A DNA stretch of 64,000 nt. It comes from an uncultured Verrucomicrobiae bacterium. Its GTDB lineage: Bacteria; Verrucomicrobiota; Verrucomicrobiia; Chthoniobacterales; UBA10450. Below are positions 50,008-60,048 of the stretch, in pieces. The first letter of the stretch is position 1. Each line of letters starts with the position of its first letter. The notes below the pieces were generated by a model that worked only from the letters and a program-made list of their open reading frames with translations, searched no databases and had not been told where the DNA came from. The stretch spans positions 224,001 through 288,000 of the forward strand of contig CAVTMK010000004.1 of NCBI GenBank assembly GCA_963735805.1, written 5' to 3'. Both the position numbers and the translations under genes were made by a program.

Positions 50008-52860
50008 ATGCGCGACACTCCCACTCCTGCCCCGGTGGATCTCCAAAAGGAGCCGGGAATTTGCCCCGAATGCGGATCCATTTCGCGCGTCGGACGAAGT
50101 CTTTGTCTAAGCTGCCTTCTTTCCGCAGGGGTCGGCACCAATGGCCACAACGGTGACGCGTCCGTCGCAACTTCAGCCAAGGAGGAAACGCTTGATGACG
50201 TGCTTGGCGAACTCGACGTGTGCGACGCCGATTGGCGCATAGGCAATTATCAAATTCTGGAAGAAATTGGGCGCGGCGGGATGGGCGTCATTTATCGGGC
50301 CCGACAACGGCACTCGCGCCGCGTCGTTGCACTGAAACGAATACTATCGTACCACGCTGATTCCCAGGAAACACTGGCGCGTTTTCGGCGTGAGGCGCAA
50401 GCCGCAGCGAGCCTCGATCATCCAAACATTCTGCCTATCTATGAAGTAAGCGAATGCGATGATGGGTTGCCATTTTTCAGCATGAAGTTCGCCGGCGGGG
50501 GCAGCCTGTTAGAGGCAGCTCCGGCACTACGTAGTGAACCGCGGCGCGCGGCAGCGTTGATGGTGAAGGTTGCGCGGGCAGTTCAATACGCGCATGGGCA
50601 AGGGATTCTGCACCGGGATTTGAAACCGGGCAACGTTTTACTGGATGGCCGCGGGGAACCGCTGGTGAGCGATTTCGGCCTAGCCAAATGGCTGGACACC
50701 AGCAGTCATCTGACTCGCACACTGACAATTTTTGGAACACCCGGTTACATCGCGCCTGAGCAGGTGAATGGATCGGCGGCAAGCCTTGGTCCGGCATCTG
50801 ATGTTTATAGTTTGGGTGCGATTTTGTTCGATTTGTTGACGGGTCGTCCGCCATTTTTGGGTGAGCACGCGCTGAAGGTGATCCAGCAAGCGAGCGAGAA
50901 GCCGGCGCCCAAGCTGAGAACATTGATGCCCTCGCTGGATCGGGATCTGGAGACGATCTGCTCGAAAAGCTTGGAGCGTGAACCAGCGGCTCGATATCGC
51001 TCTGCGGGTGCTCTTGCCGAAGACCTCGAACGCTGGCTGGAAGGCCGCCACATTATCGCGCGTCCAGTTTCGCCGCCTGCTCGTGCCTGGCGCTGGACGC
51101 GTCGGAATCCGGTGATCGCCGGGATGGGCGCGCTCCTGATGGTGTTGGGGTCGGCAGTTGGAGTGATGATTTGGAACGGCGAGATGGCGCCTCCGCCTGC
51201 GGCAAGTGGCATTGCAGTTCTGCCTTTCGAAAGCCTAAGTCCAGATAAAGAAAATACGTTTTTCGCTGACGGCGTTTACGACGGCGTTTCTACCAAGCTG
51301 GCGAAAGTGGCCAATCTAAAGGTCATCAGCCATAACAGCGTGGCAAAGTACCGCGGCGCCCGAAACACACAGGAAATTGGTCGTGCCTTGAATGTGGCTT
51401 ACGTGCTCGAGGGAAGCGTGCGCAGAGAAGCGGGCAGAATCCACTTGAATGCCCAACTAATTGATTCGCGAACGGACGCGCATGTGTGGGCGCAAGAATA
51501 CGATCGGGATTTGAATGACGTGTTCACGCTCCAAAGCGAGATCGCGGAAAAAGTCGCAGATCAACTGGGAGCAGAACCATCGTCTACAGAGAAGGCCGCT
51601 ATCCAGGAGCCGCCCACTACGGACCTTGTTGCGTACGATGCTTACCTCCGGGCAAAAGACCTTATCAATGGCATTGCATTTAGTTCCCGGGCGAAAGAGG
51701 ATTTGTTCCAAGCCGTGCAATTGCTTGATCAAGCTGTTGCCCGCGACCCGTTATTCTTTGATGCGTATTGTCAGCTCGCCGGTGCGCATGATCGCATTTA
51801 TTTCCTCGGTTTCGATCACACCGATACGCGCCTCAAACTGGCCGAGACAAACCTCCAATCAGTTCGTCGTCTCCGGCCCGAGTCAGGAGAAACGCATCTG
51901 GCGCTGGCTCAGCATTATTACTGGGCGTATCGGGATTACGACCGGGCTAAGTCGGAGTTAGTTGCGGCTGGGCATTCTTTGCCTAACGAATCTCGAATTC
52001 CTCTCTTGACCGGCTATATCGATCGGCGCCAGGGGCAGTGGGAGAAATCCATCGAGGAAATGAACAAGGCATTGGAGCTGGATCCGCGCGATTTTTCCAT
52101 TCTCCAGCAAATCTCTATCACTTATGCAGGTCTGCGCCGCTACAAGGAAATGGCCGCGACCTTGGACCGCGCCCTAACCATTGCTCCTAAAGATATTCCT
52201 ACCCGAGTATGGCGCGCTTGGGTTGACCTCGAGTGGCGCGCCGACACGAAACCGCTGCATGCGGCGATCGAGACAATCTTGGCCGAGGACCCGAACGCAG
52301 CGCCTTATGTGGCTGAAAAACGCCTCGCTCTTGCCTTGCGGGAACGCGATCCTGCCGCAGCTAATCGCGCGATTGCCGCTATGCCGGCTGATGGTGGGGA
52401 ATGCTACGATGATAACATTCCGTTCCCTAACAGTTGGTGCGAGGGACTTGCTGCGCGTCTCCGCGGCGATGACGCTGCAGCTCGCACCGCCTTCAAGAAT
52501 GCGCGAAGAGAACTCGAGCAAAAGGTGCATGGCCAACCAAATTATGCGGCTGCTCTCTGCGCACTTGGTGTGGTCGATGCTGCTCTGGGAAATAAGGAAG
52601 ACGCCATCCGCGAGGGTGAAAGCGCGATCAAGCTGCTACCGGTCAGCAAAAGTGCCGCCGAGGGTGCATTGCTGATGAAAAATCTAGCGGTCATTTATGC
52701 GTGGACGGGGGAAAAAGATCGCGCCATCAAACAATTAACTGAAACAGCCAGGTTGTTTAATGATTTGAGCTATGGCCATCTGCGCCTCAATCCTCTTTGG
52801 GACCCGTTGCGGGGCGACCCGCGCTTTGAAGCACTTGTTGCTTCCCTCGCACCGAAGTAA
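50008..52860 (+). CDS. Hanks-type Ser/Thr kinase - TM - TolB_N/FlgO-like - TPR protein (kinase 2)
   Basis: CPECG..CLSC, GRGGMG, HRDLKPGN, DFG, GTPGYIAPE, IAVLPF, WDPLRGDPRF. Confidence 0.93.
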   Translation: MRDTPTPAPVDLQKEPGICPECGSISRVGRSLCLSCLLSAGVGTNGHNGDASVATSAKEETLDDVLGELDVCDADWRIGNYQILEEIGRGGMGVIYRARQRHSRRVVALKRILSYHADSQETLARFRREAQAAASLDHPNILPIYEVSECDDGLPFFSMKFAGGGSLLEAAPALRSEPRRAAALMVKVARAVQYAHGQGILHRDLKPGNVLLDGRGEPLVSDFGLAKWLDTSSHLTRTLTIFGTPGYIAPEQVNGSAASLGPASDVYSLGAILFDLLTGRPPFLGEHALKVIQQASEKPAPKLRTLMPSLDRDLETICSKSLEREPAARYRSAGALAEDLERWLEGRHIIARPVSPPARAWRWTRRNPVIAGMGALLMVLGSAVGVMIWNGEMAPPPAASGIAVLPFESLSPDKENTFFADGVYDGVSTKLAKVANLKVISHNSVAKYRGARNTQEIGRALNVAYVLEGSVRREAGRIHLNAQLIDSRTDAHVWAQEYDRDLNDVFTLQSEIAEKVADQLGAEPSSTEKAAIQEPPTTDLVAYDAYLRAKDLINGIAFSSRAKEDLFQAVQLLDQAVARDPLFFDAYCQLAGAHDRIYFLGFDHTDTRLKLAETNLQSVRRLRPESGETHLALAQHYYWAYRDYDRAKSELVAAGHSLPNESRIPLLTGYIDRRQGQWEKSIEEMNKALELDPRDFSILQQISITYAGLRRYKEMAATLDRALTIAPKDIPTRVWRAWVDLEWRADTKPLHAAIETILAEDPNAAPYVAEKRLALALRERDPAAANRAIAAMPADGGECYDDNIPFPNSWCEGLAARLRGDDAAARTAFKNARRELEQKVHGQPNYAAALCALGVVDAALGNKEDAIREGESAIKLLPVSKSAAEGALLMKNLAVIYAWTGEKDRAIKQLTETARLFNDLSYGHLRLNPLWDPLRGDPRFEALVASLAPK

Positions 52861-53352
52861 CAAATCGCGCGAAGTGCTTTAGGAGGGGGCCGGTGCTCCG
52901 TCCCTTTTCCGCCGCCACAGGAAAGGTTAATGAATCGGCGATTTCTTCGCTAGAGGAAGAAAAGAACAAAGAAGAACGAGGAACGCGGAGCAAATTAGCC
53001 GCCGGTTCTTTGTTTCTTCGTCGTGCAATAAAATGTCTCTGCGTTTTTCATGTCCATCTAAAGTCTCGCGGCTAGCATGACGAGTTTGATTGCGCCTAAG
53101 CCAGGTTTCAAAAGAACCAAAATGAAGCGTTTCCATTGTCAGACGCCGTGCTCTGTGCGCTTCGTGTCTGGCTTCTTGTTTCTGCGTTCTCGGCCGTTGT
53201 GCCTCGGTTTACCTCGTTTACCTTGAGGGAAAGTACTACAGGTATTTCAGGTATCTGCCCCACTTGACCAGCTCTGACTCAAGTGCCACTATAACATTTT
53301 TTTTATTTTTCTAGTTGACACTTATTCACATCACCTGTAACCGTGCCAACTT

Positions 53353-53628
53353 ATGAAAAAGCTCCAAGCAAGAATCACCACACGCTTGGTCGTAGCAATG
53401 CTGGTTACTGTGGCTGTTATTAGTCTTAGTGCCCTTGCAATGCATGCGCCCACTCAGAACCAAAACTCTGCGGCCCGTTCGCTGAAGAATATTCAAACTG
53501 ACAAGGCCACACTGTTCTACGCGGACCAAAAGATTCAGCGAAGTTTCTGTGTCGAGATGGTCCTGCCCGGAACGACCGAGAGTAAGGCTGCGACCGAGAA
53601 CCTGAAACTGGTGGCAGCGACACTCTAA
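53353..53628 (+). CDS. Small secreted protein, hypothetical
   Basis: MKKLQARITTRLVVAMLVTVAVISLSALAMHA signal peptide; TTGACA about 40 nt upstream. Confidence 0.6.
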   Translation: MKKLQARITTRLVVAMLVTVAVISLSALAMHAPTQNQNSAARSLKNIQTDKATLFYADQKIQRSFCVEMVLPGTTESKAATENLKLVAATL

Positions 53629-53846
53629 ATCGCTGTTTGACTGACGAATAGATTTGGCCAGGCCCGAACCCCTCGGGTCTGGCCATGTTGTGTACCGCTC
53701 CGGGTCGAAAAATAAGGTTTCCAAGCCTTACTCGACCGTGCGCTCGCGTTAAAAAGTCCGTGCGGAACTACGCACGATTTGTCTTGCCTGTTCGCGAGCT
53801 TTGAAATCAATCGCCGAGGCTGCAAGGTGCCGTTAGGATTAACGCG

Positions 53847-54467
53847 ATGCTTTCAAAGCGCATTTACGCCGCCTGGTTCGCGGGACATTTCTTTCTCATC
53901 ACGGCGGTTTGCGCTGCCGGGATCTTCTCGCTTGTTGCGCAAGGCTCAACCATCTTACCGTCAGCACTTGATGGTTGCGCGCGCAAGGCCGAACTGGTTG
54001 CGGCGTTTGTCCTAGGGAAGGAGGCCGTCGCGTCTAGTCCGGTGCGACAAGGCATAGCTACTTATCTTCATGCCGCTGGCATCCAGGCTGGATACAGTTT
54101 TTTCGCTCCCAACATTCCGGGTTATCACAAGTTGACCCTGGAACTATATTACGCAGACGGGCGCGTAGAATATGAATCGCCGCACGTTAGCGGTAAAGCA
54201 GCTGGGCTGCGTCTGACCAGTTTATTAGATCGATTGGCAGACGAACGTTATGAACCGTTACGGGAAGTAGTGGTTAAGATGCTTGCGCTCTCTGTCTGGA
54301 GAGAGCGTCCTGAGGTAAAAAAAATCCGGGCCACCTTCGGGACGGTTACCTCGCCTGACATCGGTGACTTTGAGCATGGAAAAGGTGAATCATTCCAACC
54401 CATGTTTAGTTACGACTTCAGCCTGCGTGAGCAAGACAGGCAGAAAGACGCATCTCATATCCCCTGA
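53847..54467 (+). CDS. DUF5819/SdpA-like membrane-anchored protein
   Basis: N-terminal TM with His; YL..AGIQAGYSFFAPNIP resembles the W..FAP.P motif; adjacent to an HTTM gene. Confidence 0.6.
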   Translation: MLSKRIYAAWFAGHFFLITAVCAAGIFSLVAQGSTILPSALDGCARKAELVAAFVLGKEAVASSPVRQGIATYLHAAGIQAGYSFFAPNIPGYHKLTLELYYADGRVEYESPHVSGKAAGLRLTSLLDRLADERYEPLREVVVKMLALSVWRERPEVKKIRATFGTVTSPDIGDFEHGKGESFQPMFSYDFSLREQDRQKDASHIP

Positions 54468-54474
54468 TTCTTGA

Positions 54475-54590
54475 AACGATGCGAGGACTCGTCGCACTCC
54501 GAAAGCACTCAATTACTGAAGTGCGTGAGAAACGTCTCTTTGTTTTTTATCGCAGCTTTCGAAATGCGCATACGTCATCGCATCGCTTTA
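54475..54590. repeat. REP/MITE-like long inverted repeat
   Basis: AACGATGCGAGGAC..CGCACTCCGAAAGC ... GCTTTCGAAATGCG..CGTCATCGCATCGCTT. Confidence 0.65.
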
Positions 54591-54624
54591 ACACAACTCC
54601 TACGAAACCGTTGGTAGCAATACC

Positions 54625-55632
54625 ATGACTCCGTTGCGCGGCGTGTCCGAGATGCAGAAACGCATAATGGAGTTTCTATTTCCGCAGGAAACGGACAAGT
54701 GGCTCGCGGCTTTGCGTATCGGCCTGGGCCTGCAAGTAACTGTGTACGCGCTGTTCTTACGGAATGACTGGCACTATTTGTTCGCCAGCACTGGCAAAGG
54801 TCTCGTGAGCCGCCAACTTGGAGAAGCCATTACATCTTTCGACAGTCCACTGATTCCAAAGCTTGGCTGGCTTGTTGCCATTGGAGGTTATGCCCACATC
54901 GGCGAAGACGCGATGCTTTCGATTAGCTGGGCGTGCTTGCTTTGTATGGGGTTTCTCTTGTTACTGGGACTTTTCTGCCGCCAGGCTGCGATCCTTGCAT
55001 GGTTTCTTCATCTTTGCGCAGCTGAAAGCGGCGGGCTGTTAGCATACGGTGCTGACAACCTCATGACTACAGGTCTGTTTTACTTGATGTTGTCGCCTCT
55101 CCCAGACCGGTACTCACTCGATTGCTGGCTGCTGAAGATAGAACCGAAGGACTCACAACTTTTAGGTTTTTGGCGGCGGGTTTTACAGGTGCACATGTGC
55201 CTTGTTTACTTTGTTGGTGGTCTGGCAAAATGCCTGGGCAGTGGTTGGTGGAATGGCTCCAATCTCTGGCAATCGCTGACCCGGCCACCCTTCGATCTCA
55301 TTTCCCCGGACGTTCTTGTTCGATTCAAATACGCGCTGCCAATTCTTGGAATTTCGATCTGCCTGATCGAACTAGGTTACCCATTTTTCATTTGGATAAA
55401 GAAGACCCGTCTGTTTTGGTTGATTTGCATTTTGGCTATGCATGCCGCCATCGGACTAGCCATGGGGATGTACCTTTTCGCTCTGGTAATGATTGTTTTG
55501 AATCTTGCCGCGTTCGGTATTGGAATGCGCAAAGGGCCGGCCGTCTCGGCCGAGGTCACAGCAGGCGGGGGCGCGGAGCAACGTTCGAACGTTCCCGGAT
55601 TGCGCCGCGGCACGTCTCCGCTTCGCGGTTGA
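54625..55632 (+). CDS. HTTM-domain (SdpB / VKD-carboxylase-related) membrane protein
   Basis: LAALRIGLG, YGADNL, YSLD, LQVHMCLVYFVGGLAK..G..W.NG, IELG.P, MHAAIG..MG. Confidence 0.85.
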   Translation: MTPLRGVSEMQKRIMEFLFPQETDKWLAALRIGLGLQVTVYALFLRNDWHYLFASTGKGLVSRQLGEAITSFDSPLIPKLGWLVAIGGYAHIGEDAMLSISWACLLCMGFLLLLGLFCRQAAILAWFLHLCAAESGGLLAYGADNLMTTGLFYLMLSPLPDRYSLDCWLLKIEPKDSQLLGFWRRVLQVHMCLVYFVGGLAKCLGSGWWNGSNLWQSLTRPPFDLISPDVLVRFKYALPILGISICLIELGYPFFIWIKKTRLFWLICILAMHAAIGLAMGMYLFALVMIVLNLAAFGIGMRKGPAVSAEVTAGGGAEQRSNVPGLRRGTSPLRG

Positions 55633-55634
55633 AT

Positions 55635-55994
55635 TCAACCGACGCGGAAGCGCACGTCGCGAATCGTCTTGCCGCCGAAGCGCTGTTTTAATTTCCTCAA
55701 AATTTCGGGCTTTGAAATTTGTTCCAGTTCGTAGTGCAAGGCTGGCTGTAGCACGCGAACGTAGAGAACGCCTTCGCGCAACGCCACCGGCGCCGAATGC
55801 GTAGCAATGAATTCACCAACGATCTTTCCCCAGGCATCAATTACCTCAGTCTCATGTAAACGTTCGCGCAACCCGAGGCGTTGCATCAATTTTGGAACCA
55901 ACGTGGACGGCGACTGCCACCGGTCCGCTCGCAACTTTCTCTCGGGAAGACCTCGCCATTCGGCTATGACGGTGGCGCGGAGAGAAGGATTCAT
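55635..55994 (-). CDS. DUF721/DciA family protein
   Basis: W.KIVGEFIATHSAP..LREGVLYVRV...ELE..K.EIL. Confidence 0.85.
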   Translation of the reverse strand: MNPSLRATVIAEWRGLPERKLRADRWQSPSTLVPKLMQRLGLRERLHETEVIDAWGKIVGEFIATHSAPVALREGVLYVRVLQPALHYELEQISKPEILRKLKQRFGGKTIRDVRFRVG

Positions 55995-56072
55995 GGTGAG
56001 ATGTGAATTGTGATTCGCATCTTGTGACACGATTGCAATGGAACGTTTTAAGGGATCATGCCAGGAGTGGCC

Positions 56073-57518
56073 TCAATATTTCCGCCGCATGTGACTTGGC
56101 AGAATATTCAACTCGGTGCGGTACTTGGCTACGGTGCGCCGCGCGATGGGGATCCCACGCTCACTCAGGATCTCAACGATTTCACTGTCGCTCAGCGGTG
56201 CACTGCCATCTTCGCGCTTCACTAGATCAAGGACAGCTTCCTTTACGCTGGTATTGCTCAGCGATTGGCCGGTCGCGGTTTGATAGCCGGACGTAAAAAA
56301 ATATTTCATTTCGAAAACACCCTGGGGCGTGGCCATGTACTTTCCTGATACCGCGCGACTGACGGTCGTCTCATGCACGCCGACCGCATCGGCAACTTCA
56401 CCCATGGTCATTGGCTTCAGATGCGATGGTCCATGCTCAAAAAAATCGCGCTGTCTACCGAGAATCTGCTGCGCGATGTTGGAAATCGTTTGCTGGCGTT
56501 GATGGATAGAACGGATAAGAAATTTCCCGCTCCGGATTTTGTCGCGAATGTAATCCTTAACTTCACTGCTCTGCGTGTTACCTGACGCAAAGATATCCTT
56601 GTAAAGATTGCTTATCCTCAAATGCGGAATCTGCTCGTTGTTAAGGATGATCTGATATTCGCCGTCCACCTTTTCCACCGTTACATCCGGCAGCACATAG
56701 TTTTGCGGCGAAGTAGCAAACACCTGACCGGGACGCGGATTCAGCCGCCCAATGTTGCAGGCTGCCTTTTGTATGTCTTCCACACCGATCGCCATCCGGC
56801 GTGCGATCTCGGGAAAGCGACGCTTGCCCAAATCCTCCATGTATTCGGACGCGATTTTGTACTCCAGGCTGTTTTCTTTTCCTTCGCGCCCAAGTTGAAT
56901 GAGCAAACACTCACGTAAGTCGCGCGCCCCGACTCCCGGCGGGTAAAAGCCCTGGATCAAACCCAGCATTCTGTCGAAGTCTTCCTTGGGCATTCCCGAG
57001 TTGAGGGCCATTTCTTCCGGCGTGCTTTGGAGAAATCCATTGTCATCGATGTTGCCAATTATTAATTCGGCAGCTTTTCGGTCGCTAACGTTGAGGGCGC
57101 TCTGATTCAGTTGTCCCAGCAAATTTTGCTGAAGCGTTTCCTGTACCGCAATGGAATCGAAAAGGAACTGGCGCTTATCTTTCTCTTCCTGTGAACTGCG
57201 AAAGCCGTCAGAGCCGGGGCCGGACGACTGAGCCATGTAATGGCGCCATTCCTCATCCAGGCTGGCCAGCTTCTCGAATTCGTTTTTGAAATTGTCATCA
57301 GCGTCAGTCTCGCCTTCGCTCGGTGTATCCGGACCAGGCTCATCGGACAATTCTTCCAGAACGGGGTTTGTTTCCATTTCCTGCTGAACGAGATTCCGCA
57401 GCTCGAGCAGGGGCGTCTGCAGCACGAGCAGACTCTGTTGTAATTGGGGCGAGAGAACCTGCTGTAACGCAAGACTCTGCGCGGGAAGCAGTCTGGTCTG
57501 CATTCCTTGTCCGGCCAT
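56073..57518 (-). CDS. rpoN: RNA polymerase sigma-54 factor
   Basis: LSPQLQQSL.VLQ, GVGARDLRECL, HETTVSRAV, RpoN box ARRTVAKYR. Confidence 0.97.
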   Translation of the reverse strand: MAGQGMQTRLLPAQSLALQQVLSPQLQQSLLVLQTPLLELRNLVQQEMETNPVLEELSDEPGPDTPSEGETDADDNFKNEFEKLASLDEEWRHYMAQSSGPGSDGFRSSQEEKDKRQFLFDSIAVQETLQQNLLGQLNQSALNVSDRKAAELIIGNIDDNGFLQSTPEEMALNSGMPKEDFDRMLGLIQGFYPPGVGARDLRECLLIQLGREGKENSLEYKIASEYMEDLGKRRFPEIARRMAIGVEDIQKAACNIGRLNPRPGQVFATSPQNYVLPDVTVEKVDGEYQIILNNEQIPHLRISNLYKDIFASGNTQSSEVKDYIRDKIRSGKFLIRSIHQRQQTISNIAQQILGRQRDFFEHGPSHLKPMTMGEVADAVGVHETTVSRAVSGKYMATPQGVFEMKYFFTSGYQTATGQSLSNTSVKEAVLDLVKREDGSAPLSDSEIVEILSERGIPIARRTVAKYRTELNILPSHMRRKY

Positions 57519-57591
57519 ACGCCGAGTTTACCGGCGTCGCAGACAGCGAGCAAGCAGTTCAGCGGAGAACGATTTCTGAAAACCAACGGAA

Positions 57592-58830
57592 TCAATCGCC
57601 AACCGATTCCGTTACAGTCCTCCCGTTTATCATGACCCAGTCAATGTCCCCATCGAACGCCACCATGTGTTCGAACAGATCCCCGTGCTCACTCCATGGA
57701 ATCGCTATGAGATCTGATCGAAATCCGGGTCGAATCCGGCCAAGGCTGTTCTGCTGCCGCAGCGCCGACGCCGGATTTACTGTTACCATCTCAAGGATCT
57801 TCTCAGGTGAGCTCTCCGGTACACTGCGTTGAAACACGCGCATCTCTGCAAATAAGCTCAGACTCTCGTTGCTGGCCAGGCTGTCGGTGCCTAAGCAAAC
57901 GTTAAACCCGAGAGCATGCAGCCGCTCGAATGGAAATGGGCTGTGACCAAAATACTGGTGACTTCGCGGCGAATGCACGACATGAAATCTTGTGTTCATT
58001 TCTTCCAGCAACTCGAAGTCGCTTTCGCTCAATTCGTTTAGATGCACAACGAGCCAATCGTTGTTATTCCGAGCGAAGCGAAGAGAAGGTGAGGAATCCT
58101 TGGCTGTCATGAAACGCATTAAGGGTGTGCCATCCCCGCAGTCCCCCATCGGCCGTCCAATACCTTTCATGAATTCGTAAAGTGGACCTGATCCATCGCG
58201 AAACATTTCCATTTCCTCTCGCGATTCCGCCAGATGTGTCGTCAGCAAAACATTTGCGGCGGCTTCTTCACAGCATTGATACAAATTTTTGGATGCCGTA
58301 AACAAGGCATGCGGCGCTAACCCGTAATCTTGCGCGAACTTCAGTTCCTCGAGCGCAGAAGCGACGATTTGGTTTGTCCGATTCGATGAGCGCACATCGA
58401 TTAATTCAGCGAACCACCATGTCCGAATTGGTGGATCCGGAAACTCGCGAATCAATTCCGGAAACCCGGTTAGATTTGCGATGGTTGTTGTGCCGAATCC
58501 TTGTGCCTCGGCAAATCCTTCGTTGATCGCGGCGACGTAGTCCTCCGTCGCGAGTTTCGATTTTTCCGAGTTAATAGCTTGGATCCAATCGGTGAAGGAT
58601 TTTTGGCGCGGGATTTTCCCACGCAAACATGTGTAATCGAGGTGACAATGGGCGTTGATCAGGCCTGGCAGCAGCGCACGCTCGCCAAGATCGACCACGG
58701 GCCCAGAATTGCGTGTTTTGATCTGGTCGAATTTTCCAACATCGCCGATCCGATCTCCGGAAGTTGCGACTGCGCCATTCTCAATGGGCGGTCCATCCAT
58801 CGTCACGATGGCGCGGGCGCGAAGAATCAT
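57592..58830 (-). CDS. Amidohydrolase/deaminase family metallohydrolase
   Basis: PGLINAHCHLD, APHA, THLAES..E, LGTDSLASN; start MILRAR at 58830. Confidence 0.9.
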   Translation of the reverse strand: MILRARAIVTMDGPPIENGAVATSGDRIGDVGKFDQIKTRNSGPVVDLGERALLPGLINAHCHLDYTCLRGKIPRQKSFTDWIQAINSEKSKLATEDYVAAINEGFAEAQGFGTTTIANLTGFPELIREFPDPPIRTWWFAELIDVRSSNRTNQIVASALEELKFAQDYGLAPHALFTASKNLYQCCEEAAANVLLTTHLAESREEMEMFRDGSGPLYEFMKGIGRPMGDCGDGTPLMRFMTAKDSSPSLRFARNNNDWLVVHLNELSESDFELLEEMNTRFHVVHSPRSHQYFGHSPFPFERLHALGFNVCLGTDSLASNESLSLFAEMRVFQRSVPESSPEKILEMVTVNPASALRQQNSLGRIRPGFRSDLIAIPWSEHGDLFEHMVAFDGDIDWVMINGRTVTESVGD

Positions 58831-59507
58831 TCCCCTCTTACTTCTTTCCGGCATGCAGCCACCAAAAGATTGCACGGCTCCTGGCACAGAAGTGGAATCG
58901 TAGCCGGGGTGGCCATGTCCGATGTGGCTTTGGAGAAATGGGATGACCCCGGCTCATCCAATGCTTGGACCTGATCGCAGGTTGGATCGAACTTTTGTTT
59001 CGACAGCTTTGTTGAGGCGGTCGTTCCGCGCTGATCGCGTTTCCACAAGATCGTGCGTAAACAACTGCCATTAGATCGGCAAAAATCCGCGACCAGATCG
59101 TCAATCTGCGCGTCTGAAATCTTGGCAGCGATTCGATACATCCCCGATTGGCGATCCAATGTTTCGCGCAGCGATGTAGTGCCCAGTTGCCCGCACTGCC
59201 ACGCCACGAAGACGGCCAGCCTGCCGGGATAAAGATGATCGAGAGCGTGTTTTAATTCATCAGATGTCCGGGGGTTCATGCGCCAGTCATGCCGTAAATT
59301 CGGCGCAGTTTTTAGCGCGCGATAGTTTCCGTCGTCGTCATATTTTGCGATCTCGATCGCGTCTTCCGGGTTTTCAAACAGTTCCAAATCATCGCGCTCC
59401 TCGTCGTCTCGATGGCATAGGACGAAACTGTTGCCGATTTTTCGAACTAAAATCTGGCCGAAACAAAAAGGAACCGCTTTGAAAACCCGCTCGACGGGAT
59501 TTTGCAT
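58827..59507 (-). CDS. DR2241-family protein (Fe-S-type Cys motifs)
   Basis: GNYRALKTAPNL, LYPG, RQSGMY, C..C LR, C.EPC. Confidence 0.8.
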   Translation of the reverse strand: MQNPVERVFKAVPFCFGQILVRKIGNSFVLCHRDDEERDDLELFENPEDAIEIAKYDDDGNYRALKTAPNLRHDWRMNPRTSDELKHALDHLYPGRLAVFVAWQCGQLGTTSLRETLDRQSGMYRIAAKISDAQIDDLVADFCRSNGSCLRTILWKRDQRGTTASTKLSKQKFDPTCDQVQALDEPGSSHFSKATSDMATPATIPLLCQEPCNLLVAACRKEVRGE

Positions 59508-59537
59508 CGGTAGGGCGCGACCGACGGACACGCCGTG

Positions 59538-59999
59538 CTAGTGCAAACAATGGGCAATCAAGCCACCAGCCCGCTCCAGAAATTCTCGGTCCTCTTCGCC
59601 AAACGCGTTCAACTTGTCGCTCTCCACGTCCAGGATTCCAAGAATGCGCCGGTGGTCGTTGTTCCTCATCGGGACAACAATCTCCGACCGCGTCGTATGA
59701 AACGCAGGGAGATGGCGCGGATCCTTGTGTACGTCGCCGACAATGATCGGTTTTCCCGAGTCTAACGCGGCGCCACATAGCCCCTGCGTAATCGGAAAGC
59801 GGGGATACGTCGGCGGCTCGTTACCTGTGCCGGCGAGAATGACAAATTCATCTTTAACGATCTTGTAGACCGCCAGCCACCGGTAATTGCGCGCCGCACG
59901 AATCATTTCCACAAGTTGCTTCATTCGTTTGCGAGTGCAGCCTCCAGCGAGCGCAAACGCACCGATCTCCTGCAGCTTCTTGCAAGTGGCTTCCTTCAT
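59538..59999 (-). CDS. GAF-domain protein (MsrC/YebR-like)
   Basis: GLCGAA, VGDVHKDP, TRSEIVVP, GILDVES..AF...D. Confidence 0.85.
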   Translation of the reverse strand: MKEATCKKLQEIGAFALAGGCTRKRMKQLVEMIRAARNYRWLAVYKIVKDEFVILAGTGNEPPTYPRFPITQGLCGAALDSGKPIIVGDVHKDPRHLPAFHTTRSEIVVPMRNNDHRRILGILDVESDKLNAFGEEDREFLERAGGLIAHCLH

Positions 60000-60048
60000 T
60001 CGAGGGATAGCAATCTTGCGCAAAAACAAACCAAGCGCGAGCACGATT

